Positions 35,138 to 39,186 of a stretch of DNA of 39,186 nucleotides are shown here, one piece after another. The notes beneath the pieces were generated by a model that searched no databases, was not told the DNA's origin, and was given only the letters and a program-made list of their open reading frames with translations. Origin of the DNA: Sphaerochaetaceae bacterium (GTDB lineage: Bacteria > Spirochaetota > Spirochaetia > Sphaerochaetales > Sphaerochaetaceae); NCBI GenBank assembly GCA_041670175.1, contig JBAXZS010000001.1, positions 1 through 39,186 of the forward strand. The letters are read 5' to 3'. Positions within the stretch are counted from its first letter, which is position 1; each line of letters starts with the position of its first letter. The translations under genes and the position numbers were made by a program.

Positions 35138-35449
35138 AACTTAATTTTGATAGTATAATTAAGGGTATTCCCTTGTTTTTAAAGATTTTATTGAAAAATT
35201 CATAAGATTAATTGAATGAAATTGACCTAATATGAAAATACTGCTTATTTTACAACAAATAATTCTGTTTGTTTTGTTATTTGTTGCATTATTTTGATTT
35301 TCTCTCATGATGGGAGGTTTACGTGGGTAGCAACGCCTTGGATTGTTCCTTGTCCGATGCAAATATTTTTGTGCTGTAAGTTGTGAAACAAGAGGAAAAG
35401 AAAGGGGATACATGTTCAGATTTTTTAATAAACCTTTTCTCTTATAATG

Positions 35450-35478
35450 TTGATACTAGACTATCGGGAAATTAAAAT
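35450..35478 (+). promoter_or_regulatory. Candidate promoter for the polysaccharide export genes (TTGATA-17 nt-TAAAAT)
   Basis: TTGATA at 35450..35455, a 17-nt spacer, then TAAAAT at 35473..35478, about 40 nt upstream of the ATG at 35519. The region is AT-rich, so chance matches are likely. Confidence 0.3.
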
Positions 35479-35518
35479 GTAGTGTAATATGGCATAGCGT
35501 TTTTCAGTGAGGAAGCCA

Positions 35519-37111
35519 ATGAATCTGAATAAGAAACTTGCATTGATAATTTTTTGCGCCATCTTTTACGTAAGTACAACGATATCAGCTCTTCCTACTG
35601 GTTTAGTAGTGAGGTCCTCGCTCTATGGGCCTGAGGCTGCAAGCAGTGCAGCGGAGGTCCTTCCTTTTCAGTCCTTTTCCCTTCAACTCGGACTGCAACC
35701 TCCCAAGGAGATTACCAATACCAATGCGGCCATTATTGCAAACCAGAGGGTGCTCAGTGCGATAAGTGATGCAGCTTATCCTGTTACGCCAGGGGATGTC
35801 TATCGTCTGATATACTTTGATGGGGCGAAACAGGTGTCGATGGATTTGCAAGTTGATAGCTCATATACTATAGATGTCCCACGGCTTGGTTTTGTGGATG
35901 CTTCCTCTCTTTCCTTTTCGCAACTTAAGCAGAAATTGTTTTCAATGGTTTCCTCTTACTCCTATTCGAATCCCCAGGTGGTTCTGCTTAGTACGGGGTC
36001 GTTCACGGTTTCCGTCATTGGTGAGGTCGAGGCGTCTCGCATGTATGAGGCATGGGGATTGAGCCGTCTTTCCTCTGTCTTGGACTGTGCTTCTTCCTAC
36101 GCCTCAACCCGTGATGTCGCTGTCACTTCCAGCAGTGGGAAAACCGAGCACTATGACTTGTTTAAGGCTTTGAAGCAAGGAGACCTCTTGCAAGATCCTC
36201 TCCTGCGCAGTGGAGATGTCGTTACCCTGAGAAGAGCGGATAAGCTTGTCACCTTGAGCGGGAATGTGTACAGGCCGGGGACGTATCAGCTTGGTAAGGG
36301 CGAGGGTCTCAAGGAGCTTGTCTCCAGCTATGGAGGAGGAGTGCTTCCCGGGTCGAATATCCAGAACATCAGGATCCAGAGATATGATTCTCTCAAGGGG
36401 GCATGGGAAGCAGAGTATGCGGACCTGCTTACGGGCAGCACGTCTCTCTCCTCTCTTGATCAAGTGATTGTCGATACGGTGGTGGCAAACAATCAAAGTA
36501 TAACCATTGAAGGCGCGATCAAGAGCGACGAAGCGTATGATGCGACTTCATCAACAGCTTTGGTTGGGCAAAGCAGTGGAAGAATATTCTATCAGTTCTA
36601 TCCCGGGGAGACTCTTCAGCAGATGCTTCGTTTTATTTCTCCTCGGTTGATGACGGTAAGCGATCTGGAGCATGTGTATTTGACCCGTGAGGGCAAGAGA
36701 TATCCTTTCGATACAACCAAGATGCTTTTGGGGTCAAGCCAAGACGAGCCGTTCGTCCTCCAGGCGAATGATGTCTTGACCATTCCATTCACCCAAAGGT
36801 TTGTCACTGTCACCGGGGCTGTGGTACGTTCCGGGGTGTATGCCTATGTACCGGATAAGACTGCGGATTATTATCTCTTTCTTGCCGGGGGTGCTACGAG
36901 TGATGCCTCCAAACCCCTTACTCTTACGATAACCGACAGTGAAGGTCATGGCCTTGAAAGGAATTCATTGATTCCGCAGGAAACAACCATTACCATCAAG
37001 GAAAATACATTTATAAAGAACCTTGCTCCAACTGTAGCGATAATAAGTTTGATAAGTGCGGTTGTTTCGATAATTCATTACTCGGTTTTAACTTCTACTT
37101 ATTTGAAATAG
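35519..37111 (+). CDS. Polysaccharide export protein (Wza-like; Poly_export plus two SLBB-like domains and a C-terminal TM helix)
   Basis: Signal peptide: MNLNKKLALIIFCAIFYVSTTISA. Poly_export-like segment: YPVTPGDVYRLIYF. SLBB-like segments: SGDVVTLRRADKLVTLSGNVYRPGTYQL and ANDVLTIPFTQRFVTVTGAVVRSGVYAY. C-terminal hydrophobic helix: LAPTVAIISLISAVVSII. ATG at 35519 after GTGAGGAAG. Confidence 0.75.
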   Translation: MNLNKKLALIIFCAIFYVSTTISALPTGLVVRSSLYGPEAASSAAEVLPFQSFSLQLGLQPPKEITNTNAAIIANQRVLSAISDAAYPVTPGDVYRLIYFDGAKQVSMDLQVDSSYTIDVPRLGFVDASSLSFSQLKQKLFSMVSSYSYSNPQVVLLSTGSFTVSVIGEVEASRMYEAWGLSRLSSVLDCASSYASTRDVAVTSSSGKTEHYDLFKALKQGDLLQDPLLRSGDVVTLRRADKLVTLSGNVYRPGTYQLGKGEGLKELVSSYGGGVLPGSNIQNIRIQRYDSLKGAWEAEYADLLTGSTSLSSLDQVIVDTVVANNQSITIEGAIKSDEAYDATSSTALVGQSSGRIFYQFYPGETLQQMLRFISPRLMTVSDLEHVYLTREGKRYPFDTTKMLLGSSQDEPFVLQANDVLTIPFTQRFVTVTGAVVRSGVYAYVPDKTADYYLFLAGGATSDASKPLTLTITDSEGHGLERNSLIPQETTITIKENTFIKNLAPTVAIISLISAVVSIIHYSVLTSTYLK

Positions 37112-37119
37112 GATGAGAC

Positions 37120-39186
37120 ATGAACGAAGAACAGCAAAAACAAAATCAGTCTGTGAATATTGAATATGAAAGGGAGGAAGAGGGGATTTCCCTTTCTGAG
37201 CTTTTTCAAATCATCAAAAGCCGATTTAAATGGTGTGTGGTTGGATTTGTGATCGTGCTTGCTTTGGGAATTGCGTATATCAAAACAACCATTCCCCAGT
37301 ATGAGTCGAGCGCCACCATCCTTGTTGATCCTATCAAGCAGTCATCAACCATGGACAGTATCCTTACAGGGGATGTGACTGGTTCAAAGAAGATTGCGAC
37401 GGAAGCGGAGTTGATTACCAGTTCCTTGAATATCAAGAAAGCCTTGTCGTTGCTTGATCTTTCTCTTTATCATAACAATGAGGGAGTTCCTTACAGTGAT
37501 GGGACAATCCTTGGAGGCCCCAATGCCGTTGCATCCTTGAAAAAACGACTTGCAATTACTACCGTCAAGGATACCAACATCGTTAAGTTCACTTTCACTG
37601 ACAGTTCCCCTTTGTTCGCCAGGGATTTTGTCCAGATGATCTGCTCGAGTTATGATGACATCCTTACCAGTATCTCCAAGGATTCGAAATCGGCCCAGCG
37701 CCAATTCATTGAGAATCAGATTCCTGTCAATGATGCTGAACTGAAAAAGGCCAATGACGCCTTGGGTGAATTTAGGGAAAATACCAATATCATTGAACTA
37801 ACGGACAAGACTTCTTTGCTGGTGAGTGAGAATGTCTATTACCAGATGAGACTTGAGCCCCTGCAGATGGAATACAAGGAGGCTCAGGTCGGTATTGAGC
37901 AATACCAGAAAGATTGGAAGGAGTCAGGGCTCGGTCCTCTGCCCACTGTTGAGCAACTAAAACAGGATCCTCGGATAAGAGAGGAGCTGGCCAAGCTGCA
38001 AGACTTGTTACAAGAGTTGGTCATGTACGATGCTGTGAATGCCATGACGGTAGGTGGTTCTTCCAACATGGTTGGGGGGACTGGAACGATCATTGGTATG
38101 AACAACTCAACGATTAATGACACCTCGCAAACTATTTCACGGATTAGTGAGCTTACCAATTCGATTCTGCAGCTGAAGAAAACAATTCTTGACAGTGTGA
38201 TAAGCCTTTGTGGAAAGAAGGTGGGTGATAATTACGATCAGTCCATAGCCAGGATGCTTGCCACGGAAGTTCAGATCGCTGTGTTGCAGGATCGGGCGGA
38301 TATCTACAAGAATGAATTAGGGCAATTGCCAGGTTTGCAGCGGAAACTCTCGGAATTGCAAAGAGAAGTCAATGTATATGAATCTGTCGGTTTGAAGTTG
38401 AGGGATATGCTTCAGGAGACCAGGCTTGTGGAGGCGGCTGTCAGTGGTAATGTGAAGGTCATAGACACCGCTTCTTTCCCTGCCAGTCCAGTAAGTCCTA
38501 ACAAGTTGTTGATCCTGGCTGTCTCAATGTTGCTCGGCCTGGCTATTGGAGTATTGCTCGCTCTCTTTGTGGATATGCATGATGACACGATACGGAATAA
38601 TGTGCAGCTAAAGAAGATTCAGGGGGCGAAGATACCCCTGCTTTCCTGGATTCCTTTCATTCAGATACCCAAGGATAAGGAATATCCCACCCTGGTGGTT
38701 TATAACGACCCTTTGTCGTTTGAATCCGAACGATTTAAATTAGTTGCTAACTTATTGTATAGTAGAGAAATAGCCGGTAAGATATATTCCATTACCAGTT
38801 GTGGCATGTCTGAAGGAAAAAGCACTGTGATTGCCAATGTGGCAGTCTCTCTTTCCCAGATGGGCAAGAAGGTCCTTCTTGTCGACGGTGACCTTCGTGC
38901 TCCAAGTATAAGTAATTTCTTCAATATTAAGAATCATAAGCTTGGGTTGGTGGATAATGTCATCAAGGATGTGCCTCTGCAGGAGCTGATTGTGAAACCA
39001 ATCGATGATATACCAAACCTGCATCTCTTGCCTGCTGGTTCCAAGCCGTTGGTTCCCGCAGCGATTTTCTCCAATCCAAATCTTAAGAAAATATTGGAGA
39101 AACTGAAATCCTTGTATGATTTCATCATCATTGATGCACCCCCTCTTCTTTATGCCTCCGAGCTGTTCTCTGTAGGCAAGATGACC
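37120..39186 (+). CDS. Polysaccharide co-polymerase / BY-tyrosine-kinase (Wzc/GumC-like), 689 codons, 3' end off the window
   Basis: Absent from the ORF track because it is open-ended. I translated it codon by codon from the ATG at 37120 to 39186 with no stop. Wzz-like N-terminus with a TM helix (FKWCVVGFVIVLALGIAY...PQYESSATILVDP). Long coiled coil. GNVKVIDTASFPASPVSPNK followed by a second TM helix. Kinase motifs: Walker A SCGMSEGKST, Walker A' LLVDGDLRAPS, Walker B FIIIDAPP. Confidence 0.85.
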   Translation, partial: MNEEQQKQNQSVNIEYEREEEGISLSELFQIIKSRFKWCVVGFVIVLALGIAYIKTTIPQYESSATILVDPIKQSSTMDSILTGDVTGSKKIATEAELITSSLNIKKALSLLDLSLYHNNEGVPYSDGTILGGPNAVASLKKRLAITTVKDTNIVKFTFTDSSPLFARDFVQMICSSYDDILTSISKDSKSAQRQFIENQIPVNDAELKKANDALGEFRENTNIIELTDKTSLLVSENVYYQMRLEPLQMEYKEAQVGIEQYQKDWKESGLGPLPTVEQLKQDPRIREELAKLQDLLQELVMYDAVNAMTVGGSSNMVGGTGTIIGMNNSTINDTSQTISRISELTNSILQLKKTILDSVISLCGKKVGDNYDQSIARMLATEVQIAVLQDRADIYKNELGQLPGLQRKLSELQREVNVYESVGLKLRDMLQETRLVEAAVSGNVKVIDTASFPASPVSPNKLLILAVSMLLGLAIGVLLALFVDMHDDTIRNNVQLKKIQGAKIPLLSWIPFIQIPKDKEYPTLVVYNDPLSFESERFKLVANLLYSREIAGKIYSITSCGMSEGKSTVIANVAVSLSQMGKKVLLVDGDLRAPSISNFFNIKNHKLGLVDNVIKDVPLQELIVKPIDDIPNLHLLPAGSKPLVPAAIFSNPNLKKILEKLKSLYDFIIIDAPPLLYASELFSVGKMT

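Noticed and set aside
35323-35330. ops/JUMPstart-like GTGGGTAG upstream of the EPS genes
   Set aside because: It differs from the GGCGGTAG core at two of eight positions. RfaH-type antitermination is mainly an enterobacterial feature, so this is too weak to call.
35159-35413. 84-aa minus-strand ORF in the AT-rich intergenic region
   Set aside because: Its composition is driven by AT-rich DNA (Asn/Ile/Lys/Phe-rich). It has no SD. It would sit upstream of, and read through, the consensus BMP promoter. Judged spurious.
1-39186. Scan for CRISPR arrays, tRNA/rRNA genes, IS elements, integrases and toxin-antitoxin pairs
   Set aside because: I found no regularly spaced short repeats, no tRNA-like T-arm or acceptor patterns, no rRNA-like segments, and no transposase- or integrase-like translations in any listed ORF or in the gaps I translated by hand. 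Absence is by eye only. A tRNAscan/Infernal/ISfinder run would be decisive.

Overview
39.2-kb bacterial window that looks mostly chromosomal. I call about 34 protein-coding genes and found no rRNA, tRNA, CRISPR array or recognisable IS/transposase. All calls come from reading the ORF translations and the DNA by eye; no searches were run.

Gene content, left to right:
- A MerR/GyrI-like regulator interrupted by an in-frame TAA, followed by a partial serine hydrolase (minus strand).
- A visibly more G+C-rich islet carrying one AAA ATPase with a PD-(D/E)xK-like tail, bracketed by a perfect 61-bp direct repeat.
- Two tandem paralogous membrane proteins with a degenerate GGDEF-like region and an EAL domain. 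One EAL domain is intact and the other is clearly degenerate.
- glyA-gcvH-gcvPA-gcvPB (no gcvT) plus a dihydropyrimidinase-like amidohydrolase.
- A NYN + OST-HTH/LOTUS protein.
- A tightly overlapping four-gene module: a HAD-cytidine deaminase fusion, a PLD/HKD lipoprotein, and two signal-peptide proteins of unknown function.
- rpiB, then a CBS-type family II pyrophosphatase.
- A prfA-prmC-rel operon.
- An XRE-cupin regulator divergent from tdh-kbl.
- A GH94 cellobiose-phosphorylase-like gene.
- A four-gene BMP-family ABC transporter operon with a consensus promoter.
- The start of an exopolysaccharide export locus: a Wza-like gene and a Wzc-like BY-kinase gene, the latter running off the right edge.

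I do not see a complete, self-evident novel system. The best candidates for a second look are the coupled HAD-Cdd/PLD/two-exported-protein module, the repeat-bracketed ATPase-nuclease islet with its structured non-coding flank, and the active/degenerate EAL pair.

The gene content is vaguely Spirochaetota-like: a long SHMT, a TmpC/PnrA-like BMP transporter, and many lipoprotein or signal-peptide genes. I cannot verify taxonomy from the sequence alone.
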